Source of the DNA: the human T2T-CHM13v2.0 reference genome, Homo sapiens
NCBI RefSeq assembly: GCF_009914755.1
Contig: NC_060939.1
Length of the DNA stretch: 64,000 nucleotides
Strand: one strand, 5' to 3'
Shown: positions 35,385 to 60,836 of the stretch, in pieces
Numbering within the stretch: the stretch's first letter is position 1
Layout: every line of letters starts with the position of its first letter
Translations under genes and position numbers: made by a program
The notes under the pieces: generated by a model
What the model was told of the DNA's origin: nothing
The model's input: the letters and a program-made list of their open reading frames with translations, nothing else
Database searches by the model: none

Positions 35385-36218
35385 TAATTTTTCTATTTTT
35401 AGTAGAGACGAAGTTTCACCATGTTGGTCAGGCTGGTCTCAAACTCCTGGTCTCAAGTGATCCACCCTCCTTGGCCTCCCAAAGTGCTAGGATTACAGGC
35501 ATGTGCCACTGCCCCAGGCCAGAGCAGTTATTTTTGTAGTTGGCTATTTCAAATATATTGGTAGTATAACTATGTATATATCATCCCTTTAAAACAATGT
35601 TTTCTATTTCTGACTTCTATCTTCTTTATATCAATTAGGCCAACTATTTATTAATTTTTATTGTCTTTTCAAAGATCAGCTGGGTCCAGTGGTTCACACC
35701 TGTAATCCCAGCAATTTGGGAGGCCAAAGTGGGAAGACTGCCTGAGCTGAGATGTTCGAGACCAGCCTGGACAACATGGTGAGACTTCATCTCTAAAAAA
35801 TTCAAAAAATTAGCCAGATGTGGTGACGCATGCCTGTAGGCCCCATTACTCAGGAGACTGAGGTAGGAGGATGGGTTGAGCCTGGGAGATGGAGGCTGCA
35901 GTGAGCTGTGATCACACTACTGCACTACAGTTTAAGAGCAAGACCTTGTCTCAAAAAAAAAAAAAAAAAAAATCAAACTTTTTAGTTCCTATTATTTTTA
36001 CATTTTACTTATCTGATCTTACCAAATCCAATGTACAATGTACACTAAATATTTAATAAGTGTCTATTAAATTATAAAGTTAGAGGCCGGGCGCAGTGGT
36101 TCACACCTGTAATCCCAGCACTTTGGGAGGCCGAGGCGGGCGGATCACAAGGTCAGGATATCGAGACCATCTTGGCCAACATGGTGAAACCCTGTCGCTA
36201 CTAAAACTACAAAAATTA

Positions 36219-36392
<174 letters not shown>

Positions 36393-36503
36393 TTATAAAG
36401 TTAGTCTTTTTGTATTGTTAATACAAATCTCCAAGGTCCATTTTCTCTAATAACTGTGGCCCAATTTTTTTTTCTCTTTTAAAAAATTTTCTTTATTTTT
36501 TAT

Positions 36504-36607
36504 AATATGGAATGCTTCACCAATTTGCATGTCATCCTTGCATAGTGGCAATGCTAATCTTTTCTGCACTGGTACACTTTTAGAATATATGCTGCTGAGG
36601 CAAGCAC
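36504..36607 (-). pseudogene. U6 snRNA retropseudogene
   Basis: Reverse complement gtgcttgcctcagcagcatatattctaaaa...agattagcattgccactatgcaaggatgacatgcaaattggtgaagcattccatatt is a full-length diverged U6; A-rich tail; candidate TSD cccaattttt at 36460 and 36613. Confidence 0.92.
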
Positions 36608-36811
36608 TCCATCCCAATTTTTAAAATACATTATCACTATATTTCCTTAATTTTCAAATAAACTCGTATTATGTACACATTTCTATAGCCTGCTACATAC
36701 AGTTAACAGTACTATAAAGCACATTCTCACATTTGAATTCTACAACCTAATATCACTTTTCAGATGGTAGATTCATGACCCAAACCCAGATTTTCTGATG
36801 CTAGATCTTGA

Positions 36812-37015
<204 letters not shown>

Positions 37016-37324
37016 TGACCACGTTGGTCTCAAATTCCTGGCCTCAAGTGATCCACCCACCTTGGCCTCCCAAAGTGCTGGGATTACAGGTGTGAGCCAC
37101 TGCACCCCGCCTTGAGCTCTTTCTATTATGCTGATTATCAATGTCCAATCTGACTCAGGTTTTAAGAAAGTATTTAAAAGTTATCTCCGAGATGCATCTG
37201 TTTTAGATGGGTTCATCTTTATTTATATTTTTATGTATAAGTGAATACGACGTATGAAATTTTTAATTATCCTACAAAACTATATATTCAAAATTTCAAT
37301 TTATTTGTTCCAAGATATATTTAG

Positions 37325-37658
<334 letters not shown>

Positions 37659-37690
37659 TGAGCCACCGCACCCGGCCTATTTATTTTTAA

Positions 37691-37810
<120 letters not shown>

Positions 37811-38536
37811 TGAGTAGCTGGGACTGCAGGTGCACACCACCATGCCTGGATAATTTTTGTATTTTTAGTAGAGATGGGTTTTCACCACATTGGCCAGGTT
37901 GGTCTCAAAATCCTGACCTCAAGTGATCCGCCCGCCTTGGCCTCCCAAAGTGCTGGGATTATAGGCATGAGCCTATAAGCCCATAGGTGGAAAAGAAAAT
38001 TCTATAGCTGTAAAATGTACATGTCTGGCCTGTTGTAAGCATTTAAAGTTTACATTTTATAGCTATAGAATTTTCTTTTCCACAATTGTTGTTACTTAAG
38101 TTTTCAATGTAGCATCTATTTGAGTGCTTTCTACCTATGGGCTTATTCAAGTACTTAAAAGAAGCTCATCTAGAATCTCACATATAAAACGATGAAATAA
38201 TGCTAAATAAATAGTTCCCAAGCTAGGGTCCCTACACATCTCAGTTTTCATGAAGGTAATAAAGACAATCTGTAAGCAGACTGTGGGCCACCACACCCGG
38301 CCAAAGTATAAATTTGTAAATGAAAACCAAGGGCAGTGCAAGGGCTAGATAGAAACCAATAAATCTAAAAGTGCTGAGGGTTTCTCAGGAGCTCTCCCAG
38401 AGCACCATCTGGTGGACATCTGGCAACTTTTACTAGTATCAATAAGGAGATGGACACAAGGTTCTACAGGCTGGTTACTCAAAAATCCCGTGGAAACTCT
38501 CTAAAGCTGCTGCCATCATTAGCTGACTACACATAC

Positions 38537-38648
38537 CTGGATGAGGTCCAAGATTCCAAGTTCACTCTCTGAGGAATCCACACAAAATACAAAGTAGAGG
38601 GTAGCATAGTGCCGGTAGATCAGTTTGTAGTCAGAGCCACCAATCAAA
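38537..38648 (-). CDS. AP3S2: AP3S2 coding exon 3 (LIGGSDYKLIYRHYATLYFVFCVDSSESELGILDLIQ)
   Basis: Acceptor cttctgcag|, donor CAG|gtatgt; 112 nt; sigma-adaptin YRxYAxLYF signature. Confidence 0.97.
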
Positions 38649-39064
38649 CTGCAGAAGATGGGAAACATTTAAATGCCCACAGCTTAATTAAACACATCAA
38701 AAAGAAACCTTGTGCCAAAGAATGAGAAAGGACCCACTGGAAAGGAGAAGGCCAAACGCTAGAAGCAGGCCATTCTTACTAGGTGAATGGCAACCAAGTT
38801 TGGCAGAGGTACCTAAAGCCACCTTACCTCACCTCTTCTCCTGCCTATCCTCCCGGGGATCAATCATCTAAATGAGCAATATCAGAAGCACAATAATTGA
38901 ACTGCGCCCCAAAGAGAATTGTGTCTCTCCCTGAGCAGATCATGGTGAGACCAGCTAAAGTTGCATCAAGTACCCACCTGACACTTGAGTACTGTCAGAA
39001 GATGCAATAATGAAGGCCACTCACAAGTGGATATATGGGGAGAAAAATGAAGCTGACAGTTTAC

Positions 39065-39156
39065 CTTCCACCCTCCAAGAAGTTACAGATGTTGTCATCC
39101 CGCTTGAGGACTAGATGGAAAGTCTCTCGAACAATCTGCTGTTGAATTTCTTCTGG
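39065..39156 (-). CDS. AP3S2: AP3S2 coding exon 2 (PEEIQQQIVRETFHLVLKRDDNICNFLEGG)
   Basis: Acceptor tttttgtttcatag|, donor AAG|gtaaac; 92 nt. Confidence 0.96.
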
Positions 39157-39623
39157 CTATGAAACAAAAAGATAAGTGAATCAGTGGGCAAGCCTGAAAA
39201 ACTACATCCCATCCATGGGGATGGACAAGGGAAGAAGTGTTTCTAAGCTGGGAACATCTAAACATTTAGTACTTGTTTCTAGAAATGATAAAAATGATGA
39301 GAAAAAATAAGAGTGAATCTATGAAAGATGGGTGACAATGCTCTGATACAGGAATTAAGATAGGGTATATTTACCTAAATATCTAAGTCACTAACCATTA
39401 CTGTCCTATAGGTAAGCTGATATTTAAACAAGAAAAGGAACATTGATAAACTCTCATACGAATAACTGGAAGGCCTGATCCTGAAATATTTTGTCTTCCC
39501 CTGGAAAACATCTATGACAAAGATATAATAAATCTCAACAGGTCTAACATTTTAAGAAGGTCAAGATGTGGGCCAGGCACAGTGGCTCACGCCTGAAATT
39601 CCAGCACTTTAGGAGGCAGATCA

Positions 39624-39908
<285 letters not shown>

Positions 39909-40524
39909 TCATGTAAATGTTTTAAAAAGTTATATTGGCAAATACAGCTGCCATCTTTTGTACTGGTAATATAGATACTACATATAAGATGCTGTGTTAC
40001 TCACCAACAAAGTATTATTGAGAAAAATAGATTACAGATTAAAATTTTGAACAGTTACAAATAAAATGTATTATTATTATTTTTAGACAGAGTCTTGTTC
40101 TGTTGCCCAGGCAGTGGTGTGATCACAGCTCATTGCAACCTCCACCTCCGGGTTCAAGCGATTCTCCTGCCTCAGCCTCCCCAGTGGCTGAGATTACAGG
40201 TATGTGCCACCATGCCCGGCTAATTTTTGTATTTATAGTAGAGATGGGGTTTCACCATGTTGGTCAGGCTGGTCTTGAACTCCTGACCTCAAGTGATCCA
40301 CCTGCTTTGGCCTCCCAAAGTGCTGGGATTACAGGTGTGAGCCACCATGTCTGGCCTTATTTTTTCACTTACTACGTGCATAAGAAAGCTCAACTCTGAT
40401 GAAATCACTTTGATAACTCACCTTTGATTTCTAATTATACATATGAGTTTCAGAAGAAGTATGGTTAAAAGGGTAAGAGAGGGAGAAACCAGCAATTAAG
40501 ACAGATAATAACTTAAAGCTCTAG

Positions 40525-40685
40525 AGCATTGCTTCTCAAATCTTCATTTGCAATGAATCAGCTGTGAATGCTGTTAAAATACAGATTCGGATTTAGCAGG
40601 TATAGGTTAAGTCCTGAGATGCAAGTCTAGTAAGCACCCAGGCAATAACATTTCTGCTGGTCTGGGGACCACACTTTGAGTAACG
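40525..40685. mobile_element. MER5A (hAT-Charlie) fossil
   Basis: cattgcttctcaaa...gttaaaatacagattc...ggggaccacactttgagtaac. Confidence 0.7.
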
Positions 40686-41299
40686 AATCATAAGAAAACC
40701 TTCAAATTGGACTTGCCCCAAGAGTTAGAAAATAGGTTCAAGTAATTTTAATCCCTTTCTTTCTATAGCCCTGAATTTAGCTTTGAAATGGTTATTTAAA
40801 AGAAACAGAGAGGGGAAAAAAGGGAAAACGTAATTGTGGGGAAATTACTTTGACTCACATGGGTATGGAATGGCTCACAGTATTTACTGACTGAATGAAA
40901 ACTTGCTAATCATTGGTCACTACAAATTTGAGTAAATTAATCACTATTTTCCTCATTTCCATTTAAAGAACAAACAAAGCTCACAGATGACAGGATGCTG
41001 TAGGAGACGAACTCTATATATGCAAAATACAAAACATGCTAAGCATCAGCACTTTTTAAAACTGACAAAGACATCTTTTGAACTAAAGCCTTTTATCTGA
41101 CTCTGGGGGAAGTGGCAGCAGTGGGGAAGTGGTACGAAATGATGAGGCTACCTAATTTCTAGTTCAATAAAAAGGTAAACTACCAATTGCTTACATGCCT
41201 CAGTGATTTTAATAACCCCTCATATCTTTTTAGTACTCTGTAGTTTTCAAGGTACTTTCATCCATGAGCTCATGAGGTCTTATAAAAATCCTATGATCC

Positions 41300-42590
<1,291 letters not shown>

Positions 42591-42692
42591 CTAGGGGGGA
42601 AATTTGCATACACACAAATGCAAATACAAATAGTTACGCTGAATACTCATATACATACATATATATATATACTTTTTTGTGTGTGTGTGTGA

Positions 42693-42794
<102 letters not shown>

Positions 42795-43679
42795 TGAGTA
42801 GCTGGGACTTGGAGGTGCCCGCCACCGCGCTTGGCTAATTTTTTGTATTTTTAGTAGAGACGGGGTTTCACCGTGTTAGCCAGGATGGTCTCCATCTCCT
42901 GACCTCGTGATCCGCCCGCCTCGGCCTCCCAAAGTGCTGGGATTACAGGCGTGAGCCACCGCGCCCGGCCTGAATACTCATATTTTTACCTCGATGTAAT
43001 CTACTTAATAAAATGTAATCTAGCTTTAAAAATCTTATGAAGGAGTAAAATTATTTTTTCATTTCTAATTGACAAAAGACAATAAAAGTCTGAAAAGGGT
43101 TTATTAACTTGTCAACAGACGCAAGAGTAGAAAAGGTGGAGCTGAAGCCTGAACACGTTTTCTGGCTCTTTCCCCTCTTCAGTTCCACCAGTCCCCCAAT
43201 TATGTAACATTTTGAAACCCTGCCATGAAGAAATATAATCTTCGAAGACAGGAAGCAAATACTGATGTTTATGTGTTTGCAAAGGAACGTGTTGGGAAAA
43301 TTCAAATTTACGTAATCACTTATTGAGCCCTTATGCGGCAGCATTTATAATTTCTCATCATTTTTCCACTTTTAAACTGATTTTCTTCAACCCTAAGAGT
43401 GAAGGGTATCTAGTCTCTGGAAAGTCCCAGCCAACACTGAAGCAAAATAATTCCAAAAAAAAAAGAACTTTTCCAGTTCTGGCTATAACAAAAACTTTCA
43501 GAAACTTAATATTTCTTCCTCATGAAACTGTGGTCAACAACCAAAAAGATGACAGAATGTGACTTCAATCACTCAAGTTCTCATCGAGGCACACTCCCCA
43601 CTGTCGCTTCTATCTCGTTCCCAGAGACCCACGGGAAAATGTCACAAAATGGCACAGAAATGCCAGGATCAAGAAAAGG

Positions 43680-44400
43680 GTCAGCGAGAGCGGGGCAGTA
43701 GGGCGGGAGACAGAAGGCCTGGCACCAGCCTGCGCCTAGATTAAATGCTTAAGTAGGGCGAGGGTCATGCTCGGTGCAGGAGCCCCAGGTGACCAAAGAG
43801 CGGTGCCCCCGGGCGCCGAGAGGCCAAAGAGGAGGGAAGACATAGTGGGCGCCCTGAAGGGGCGTGGTGAAGCCGGGCCGCACTCACGAAACGCTGGTAG
43901 AAGCGGACTAGCCGTGGCTTCCCATGGTTGTTGAAAACCAGAATCGCCTGAATCATCTTTGCCAGCCACGGTTCTCTCAGCACCGGCTACTCCCAGAAAG
44001 CTCCTCCTTCCGCCACAACACGATCACTTCCGGTTGGTGCGCTGCTGAGAGCGGCACTCGGAAACTTGGCCCCGGCGCTCACGAGCCCTAGCACCCAAGG
44101 GTCCGGCCTCTCTGACGCCTTGGAGGGCAGGTGCGGATGCCGAGGAGAGTGGTCACCTCGGCCAGCGTTGGTTGGCCAGTCAGGATGCGAATCCGGATCT
44201 ATGTCCCTCGCCCAGACCGACGGCTGGCCCCAGAAGCCGAAACGACCGTCAGCCGGGTTGCCAAAACGGAGAGGCGGCGGGAGCTTGCTTTTCTCACCGC
44301 CCGCTCCAAATCATGCACTCCCGCCATCCCCTTAGCGCTCGCAGAACGTTCCGCGGAGTGGAGACGCCGGTCATTCGGCCGTTCGTCGGTTATGGAACAT
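43680..44400 (-). promoter_or_regulatory. AP3S2: AP3S2 CpG-island promoter with ETS (GABPA/ELK-type) sites
   Basis: CpG-rich; minus-strand ACCGGAAGT at 44026-44034 and GGCGGAAG at 44007-44014, just upstream of the ATG; no obvious TATA box. Confidence 0.85.
43888..43956 (-). CDS. AP3S2: AP3S2 (AP-3 sigma-3B) coding exon 1 (MIQAILVFNNHGKPRLVRFYQRF)
   Basis: ATG at 43956; 69 nt (phase 0); donor TTC|gtgagt; adaptor sigma-subunit N-terminus. Confidence 0.97.
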
Positions 44401-44677
44401 TTCGTTCATTTTAATTTTTCAGTATTATAATGCTGCAGTGAATTACGTAGCTGTCTCTCCGTGCAGATGGGCTGTTCCTCTATGGTAGACGGTGAATGGT
44501 GGAATTAAGGAATTTTTAGTGCATTTCCATTTAAAATCCCAAATCGATCAAGTTCTTATTTTTGTTTGTTCTTTTAATGACCCAGTGTGGGTGAAGTGGA
44601 GCATGTCCGTATACTGCAGATGGAGCAGCGGATACAGATGCAAATCGATCCAGAGGACTGTTTGGCGATATGGATCA

Positions 44678-51806
<7,129 letters not shown>

Positions 51807-51815
51807 TCAGTCATC
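51807..51815 (-). CDS. ARPIN: ARPIN terminal exon, coding part (DD*)
   Basis: Acceptor gatttctctag|GATGACTGA; completes the 226-aa protein with EDEEWDD. Confidence 0.93.
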   Translation of the reverse strand, partial: DD

Positions 51816-52083
51816 CTAGAGAAATCCAAGGGGTAAAGAGATGTGGAGACAGCACATGTCATAAACGTCACTGCAAGTTATCAGACAAACAAGGGTTCAA
51901 TTGCGTGGTACCTGTGGGGCCCATGAGTGCTTGCCTGGGCGCCTCATTAGAGCTGGCCCGGCAGCTCCAACAGCTCTTGGACTGTTTTTCAGTCCAAGAT
52001 TCGCTTTATGAAGACAAAAAGGAATCCAGACACTCTCATCTGCGTGCGCCTGCTTTCTCTGGCAAAAGACATCATCTCCATTA

Positions 52084-52452
<369 letters not shown>

Positions 52453-52468
52453 TCATTTTGGGGCCTTA

Positions 52469-52768
<300 letters not shown>

Positions 52769-53227
52769 TCAACGTGGGGACTGACTCTCATCAAAAGAAA
52801 AACCAGTAAGGACCAGGTCAGCCATTCTCCAGACACTTCAGGCAAGGAGCCCAAACCAAAGGAGGAAAAACTACGCATTCAGTTGTTCAACTGCCTCAGC
52901 ATGGTTAATGTATTCACTTGAAGTAGAAATGTTTTGAGACTTAATGACCATGATTAATATCCCTCTGCACCCCCTCCTTCCTACCACTTGGGAATCTTTG
53001 GGGAATAGTTAGGTTCAGAGCCACCTACAAGAAAGGTCCCAGGTTGTCATTCTTCATACCTTAGAGGAATTCTCCTGATGCTAACACATTCCCAGGTGTT
53101 TCACAGAATTCCACTAAAGCTGGGGGGTAAGATTCATCCTGTCGTCTTCTCATCCTACCCACAACCTCAACCAGTATGTACCATGCTCCTGCCAGGAGAT
53201 ACAACTGCACCAACACCAGGTACCTAC

Positions 53228-53391
53228 CCACTCCTCGTCCTCTGCCCCATCCCCCTGCTCTCGGATCTCCGCTGCAGCCCCCTTCGAACACTTTTGGGCC
53301 ATGATGTTGTCTGTCCAGGATGCCCCTGTCTTTCCATCACCAGTGAAATTACACTTGGTCACTGTTCCAGCCTCAAGTTTGGCCAATGAAT
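53228..53391 (-). CDS. ARPIN: ARPIN coding exon 5 (SLAKLEAGTV...EIREQGDGAEDEEW)
   Basis: Acceptor ttctttcag|, donor TGG|gtaggt; 164 nt; cumulative 672 nt (phase 0). Encodes the acidic Arp2/3-binding Trp motif and an RxxGDG tankyrase-binding motif. Confidence 0.96.
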
Positions 53392-53788
53392 CTGAAAGAA
53401 GAGATGAAATTGAATGTCCTCTGTCCCTGTGGCAGAAACATAGTGAGGGCTGGGCCCATTATGGTGGGGTCCCCTAGGCCTGGGTTAAACCACTGTTTTC
53501 TCCAGGCATAGATGTGGTCAATGAGCCCCTGGGTGGGACCCCCAAGGTATGGTGGGAGAGTCGCTCACAGGAACCATGGGATTGGGTGGCACCCGGGGAT
53601 CCAGGCTGTCGAGCCCAATGGCCCTAGGGCACTTGTGCAGGGATTTAGGAGTAAATCTCAAGGGCTTGGTCGTGTCCCCATGGAGGCCAGCCCTTGCCTG
53701 CTCCCATGAGCTCTAGGCAGAAGGGAGGCCAAGAGCCCCCATGGGCCACACAGGAACAGTGGGCCACAGTGAGGGTTGCATTGCTCAC

Positions 53789-53995
53789 CCAGGAAGGGAC
53801 CATCGCCCCGAGTCTTCAGCCGTACCCCGGCCCCCAGCTCGAGTTCCATCACCTCCATCTCTGACTCGGGCATCCAGAACGCCACTGTGTGGTCGGGGGT
53901 GAGGCTCTCTGTCAGCGCGAGCAGCTCTGGCTTGTTGACCAGCCCCTTCAGCGCCTCGGGCGTGAGCCTGTCAGTGTCCCCCTTGGCTTCCACCT
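53789..53995 (-). CDS. ARPIN: ARPIN coding exon 4 (VEAKGDTDRLTPEALKGLVNKPELL...RGDGPFL)
   Basis: Acceptor ctgcag|, donor TGG|gtgagc; 207 nt; contained in ORF 53658..54029. Confidence 0.96.
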
Positions 53996-54813
53996 CTGCA
54001 GGCACAGAGCGCAGGAGGGTCATTATCACTGTGGCAGCAAGAACTTCCGGAGGGCCTCTCAGGAGCCAGGTGAGGGCTGAGTGTTTCCAAGCTCAGTCAC
54101 CCGGAGGCTGGGACTCAGTGCCCATTCTGCGAGTCCTCATCAAGGAACTCCACAGCAGAGGCGGACAGGCATGAGCTGGGGACAGGCAGCCTGGTGCAGA
54201 TCTGGGCTCCACAATAACTTAGGCAAGTTACATCACCTCTCCGTACCCGAAAAATAGGATAAAATCAGAACCTACCTGACAGGACTGAAATGACGTATAA
54301 AGGAAATAAAGCATGTAGCACAGCGCCTGGCACATGGACCCCTAGGTAAGCATTCATATGTTTTCACTATTCCCATCTTACAGATGAGAAAACTAAGGCT
54401 TAGAGAAGTTCAGTAATTAGCTCAAGGTCACACAGTAGTAGAGGAGGCAGGATTCAAAGCACCCCAACACATTCCATCTTGAGACCCCGGTGGCCAGGCA
54501 GGGTTCTCTCCAGGCTCTCAGGGTCTACCTGGCTGGGGTGAGGTCTACTGGAACCAGGAGTAAACTCTGGTAGTCCCCCTCCTCTCTCCTGGCCCTGGCA
54601 GAGTTCATGGACTAAGGGAGGAGTCCTAAATCCAGGTGCTGGATTAGGGAAGGGGCACTCCCGGACTGTGAAGTGGGCCCAGCCTCCCAGGACTGTGTGT
54701 TCACAAGGCCACACCCCAGCACAGCAACCCCGGAGCTTGTCCCACAGGCTGCCTGCGCCACGCCAAGCCCAGGTGGCCGCACTTCACTGGAGAACATCCC
54801 AGCCAACCCATGA

Positions 54814-55345
<532 letters not shown>

Positions 55346-56817
55346 TGACCACACAAAACATCTCCTCTTTCCTTCTGTCTCAAAGGATAGGAGGCCTCTC
55401 CTCCTGCCTCAAGCCAGCTCCTCCATCTGGGCTGCAGATAGACCCCTTCCCCCCTCCTGAGGACCTGTCTCTCTCTCCCCACTCCTTGACCTTTCCTCAA
55501 GGCCTTCCTGCGTTCTGGCTTTGACACCTACTGCTCCAGACCCCATGTACCCCCACCAGAGTCACCGGTGAGCTCTTAACCTGCAAACTTCTTGGATGCT
55601 CCATATCTCAGACCTAACTAACCCGTGGGCAGTGCCTGACCCCACTGCTAGCTCCTCACGCCTGTTCCCCTTGGCTTCGCGGGGCTTTAGAGACATGACA
55701 CCTTCCCATCCCTCGGACCTTTCAGTGGCTCCATCTCCTGCTCTTCCTTCTCCATCCATCTCCTATTGTTGCTATTTCCCAAGACAACCTCCTGGGCCCA
55801 CTTCTTTTCTCCTCCTGGGTAACTGGGTCCACTTCCATAGCTTCAATACTCTCGATGTGCTGCAGCCCAGTTCTCTCCCCAAGTTCTAGAACTATCCTCC
55901 AAGGCCTCAGTAGGCCTCTACCCAGCAGTGCTCCTGGCAACTCAAACTCAGTGTGTTCCAAACAGACCTCCTCCCCACAAACCTCTCGCCCCTCCATTTC
56001 CCCAAGTCTGGCACCGATGCCCAACCCCTGGCATCATCACGACTCCTTCTTCTTCCTCCCCAGTAGCCAAGCCAACACTGAGGCCACTGTGCCTCCTCTA
56101 GCTTGAGCTCCTCCAGTCTCTGCACCCCCACTGACAGGTCCTTAATCCTGGCCTTCTTATCTCTGTCCTAGGTGACCCTAACAGCTTTTTCACAGGCATC
56201 GCTGGGCTCCAGGCTATTTGCCTCCCTGGAGATTTTCAAACACAGACCTGATCATATCACCTGCCTACTTAAAACCTCACTACAGGGCTGCCCTGCACCC
56301 TCGGTTAGAGTTGAGCTCCTCAGTGCCCGCCCCTCCTGCTGCCTGCCCTGCATGGCTTCTCATACCTGGGTCAGGAACTCTTCAACTGCCAGGCATTGGG
56401 CACCCTCTGCCTCTCTGAAACACCCTGCAAATCCCTGGCACCTGGCTGACCTCTGCTTATCTTTCAGGATTCAGTCCTGTTATTCCCTGCTCTAGGGCAT
56501 CCCCAGCCATGCCTGCCTGGGCTCAGCACCCTTCACGGGATCCAGGCCCGGGCCTGTCCATCTCCTCTACTGGACTAAGAACATTTCAAGTATACGACTG
56601 GGTCTTGTTCATCCCTGGACCTCTCAGCATGTGGCACAAGGGCTGGCACATGATATAGATGGTCCCTAATGTTCAGAGAGTCAATGAGTAACTGAAGGTA
56701 TGAATGAATAAAGTGATAGAGTCCCACTCAACCTCAAAACCTTCTCACCCAGGGGCAGACAGCAAAGAGGCTCAACCAGAGACAAAATCAGGAAGAAGAA
56801 GAAGATCATGGAGGGCT

Positions 56818-57938
<1,121 letters not shown>

Positions 57939-58296
57939 CCCAGAACCAAAAGAGGATTTGGGCAGTAAAACAGAGACCGCCTAGGGCCTGGCCTGGGCTC
58001 TGCACAAAGGCAGTTAGAGCCCAAAGCCAGGTTTGTGGGTGATTCTGCCAGATACAGGAAATGGCAGGAGGTGGGAAGGCCAGCCTGGCCCCTGGAATGG
58101 AGGGGAGGGAACGGGGATCCTCTGAGTAAATGGGAGGCAAGGCCAGGGGTGGATGTGGAAGCCTCAGGCCACATACAGGGCTTCAACATCAAGAGGGCTG
58201 AAGAGACACTTTCCAGGGGCTAAGAGGCTCAGAAGAGAAAGGCCGCCACACTGCAGGAGGGCCCTGAGGGAGAGAGGGAGGGCAGAGGATACCTAC

Positions 58297-58429
58297 TGTA
58301 GGACGACATGAGGAAGCCCGTGTTCACCTTCCTGGTGGCGCTGAAGTTGGGCTCGATTTCATTTCCCTTGGCGTCGAATTTACGGCGATGGATGTGACTG
58401 GGCCGGATATACAGCACGTAGTAGCGCTC
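58297..58429 (-). CDS. ARPIN: ARPIN coding exon 3 (ERYYVLYIRPSHIHRRKFDAKGNEIEPNFSATRKVNTGFLMSSY)
   Basis: Acceptor ccccag|, donor ACA|gtaggt; 133 nt; contained in ORF 58229..58480. Confidence 0.96.
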
Positions 58430-60760
58430 CTGGGGCCAGGCAGACAGAGAGTGAGGGGGCGGCTTCATCCCACAACACACACACTCTGGGCTCCGGCTGC
58501 AGCCCCGCCAACCTCACATCTACCCTAGAAGCCCACCTCAGCTCCAAAAGATGTTCAAGCTAGGCAGATGCTCCCTCTGCCCCCAAATACTTATGCATTC
58601 ATGGGTTCACAAGAGCACCTGCCGCATATAATGAGCCCTGCTAGAAGTTCCTAACAGGGCAAGCCCAGGGCTTCCACACAGCCAAAGACAAAAAGTATAT
58701 ATAGAAAACCATAACTTGGGCTGGGCACAGTGGCTCACGTCTGTAATCCCAGCACTTTGGGAGGCAGTGGCGAGTGGATCACGAGGTCAGGAGTTCGAGA
58801 CCAGCCTGGCCAGCATGGTGAAACCCTGTCTCCATCAAAAATATAAAAAATTAGCCAGGTGTGGTGGCATGTGCCTGTAATCCCAGCTATTCAGGAGGCT
58901 AAGGCAGGAGAATCGCTTGAGCCCAGGAGGCGGAGGTTGCTGTAAGCCGAGATCCTGCCACTGTACTCCAGCCGGGGAGACAGAATGAGACTTCATCTCA
59001 AAAAACAAAAACAAAACAAAACAAAACCATAACCCAAGCCCGAGGACCGCAAATACCATGAAGCAGGAATGGGCGCTGCCAAGGTGCAATGGAAAGGGCA
59101 CTGAAAAGGAGCCCTGGGTGAGGGCAGCCACTCTGCCCCTTCCAACAGCCTGGGACAAACCACTCAGTTTCCCCATCACATGGGGATAACGTGATGTCTG
59201 TGTTTAAGAATATTATGAGGGTTCAATGAGATAACAGAAGGGCAAGCACAGTGCCAAGCGTGAACTGTGCTATAAGTGCTGTTTGCCAGTTGTTCAAGGC
59301 AGGTGGGTGAAATGCTCCCAGGGCCTGAAGAATAGGAGGCCACATCCTGGTGGAATCAAGAAAGATGAAGTCTTGGAGGGTAGGGAGGTCTGCCAACTGT
59401 GGGAATAAGAAGCTGTAGGAATAATATTAAAAGCCTGGGACAGTATAGGAAATAAAAGCCAAGAGGCCCTTGTGCATGTTTGAGCCACGCAGGGCACCTG
59501 GAGGCCTTCTGGGAGCCCAGGCTGGGAAAGCAAGTGGGCTTGGTTCAGGACAGGTCTTGAGTTGGCATTCGGAGTTTGGATTTTATTTGATGGACAAGGA
59601 ATCCTGAAAGGTTTCTGAGCAGCAGTGAGACCCTCAGAGATGTATTTCTGGAAAGACATTTGTCCTGTTGGCAGCAGGGCAGGGATGAGTTCTGGGGACA
59701 GCCAGAAGGCAGGGGGACAGGTGCAAGGTTTTATCAGGACAGGCTGAGGGCCCATCTCAGGTAAGCAGCCATGGAAAGAGGAAGGGAAGGCAAGGGAGGG
59801 GGAGGAATGGGCAAGGGCCCAATGCCAGCAGGGCCTGGCATTGCTTACCTGGGGAGGAGACAGTGAGGGTTCCCAGCCCGGTGGCTGGGAGGGCAACTGC
59901 ACCATCACCAGGAATGGAACTCAGAGGAGGCAAGTTTTAAGAGGGGCTAGGAGAAGGCCCTGCCTGAGGGCAGATGAGGCAAGCAAGCCCCACATCAGCA
60001 TGGAGACACTGCTGGGCTCTCCTGGGCAGGCTAGCTAGGGGCTCTGATGGGTGTTCCCACCTGCCCACTGTGTGCTAAGGAGGGGAGGGTGCAGCAAAAT
60101 ACCGCCTGACATGAAAATAGTGCTGAGCTGTTCTCATGGGGTACAGGAGGGACATGCAGGCTCCATGTAGCACCAGGCCTCTGGCCCTACTGGAGGGGGC
60201 ATTTTTAGAGACCAAGCTCAGTTATAGAGATCAAGGAGATAAGGTGGTCAGCACATCTAGGTGGGGCTATTTGAAGGGGGAGTGGAAAGTCGGAACTAGC
60301 GCTCCGAAAAAAGACACAGGCTAGTACTGGATGGTAAATGCCAGGTGTACCCACAGACACCTGAGATGGGGTGGTGATACAGGACATGACCCCAGGAGGC
60401 TGAGAGGGCAAAGGCAGCCAGGACATCAACATGGGAACTGAAGCCCCAGACACTGTCAGAGTTTACATTCAGGCAAGACTGGGGTTTAGGGCCTGGTCTG
60501 CCTTCTCAGCCATGACCCAGGCTCTTCTGGCAAGAACACAGGCCCTCCCACCTGTCTGCTGCTCAACACAGCCTTAAACTATTCTTCCAGCTGGTGGTCC
60601 CATTTGGCTATAAATCTCCTGACCTACTTCCCACTTGCTTTCTAAGCCCATCAAGAATCCCAACTCATGGCACTGGAAGGACCCAGCACAAGGAGATGCC
60701 ACAGTGGATGATGACCGTGAAGTCAGTGCCCTCTAGCTAGCACCGAGGAAGCATCCTCAC

Positions 60761-60836
60761 CTTCCTGCCATGAGTGTCCAAGATGCTGTGCCGAGATACA
60801 TCGATCAGTTCTCCCTCCAGCAGGACACCATTTCCC
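60761..60836 (-). CDS. ARPIN: ARPIN coding exon 2 (GNGVLLEGELIDVSRHSILDTHGRK)
   Basis: Acceptor ctttcatccccag|, donor AAG|gtgagg; 76 nt; frame continuous with exon 1. Confidence 0.96.
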
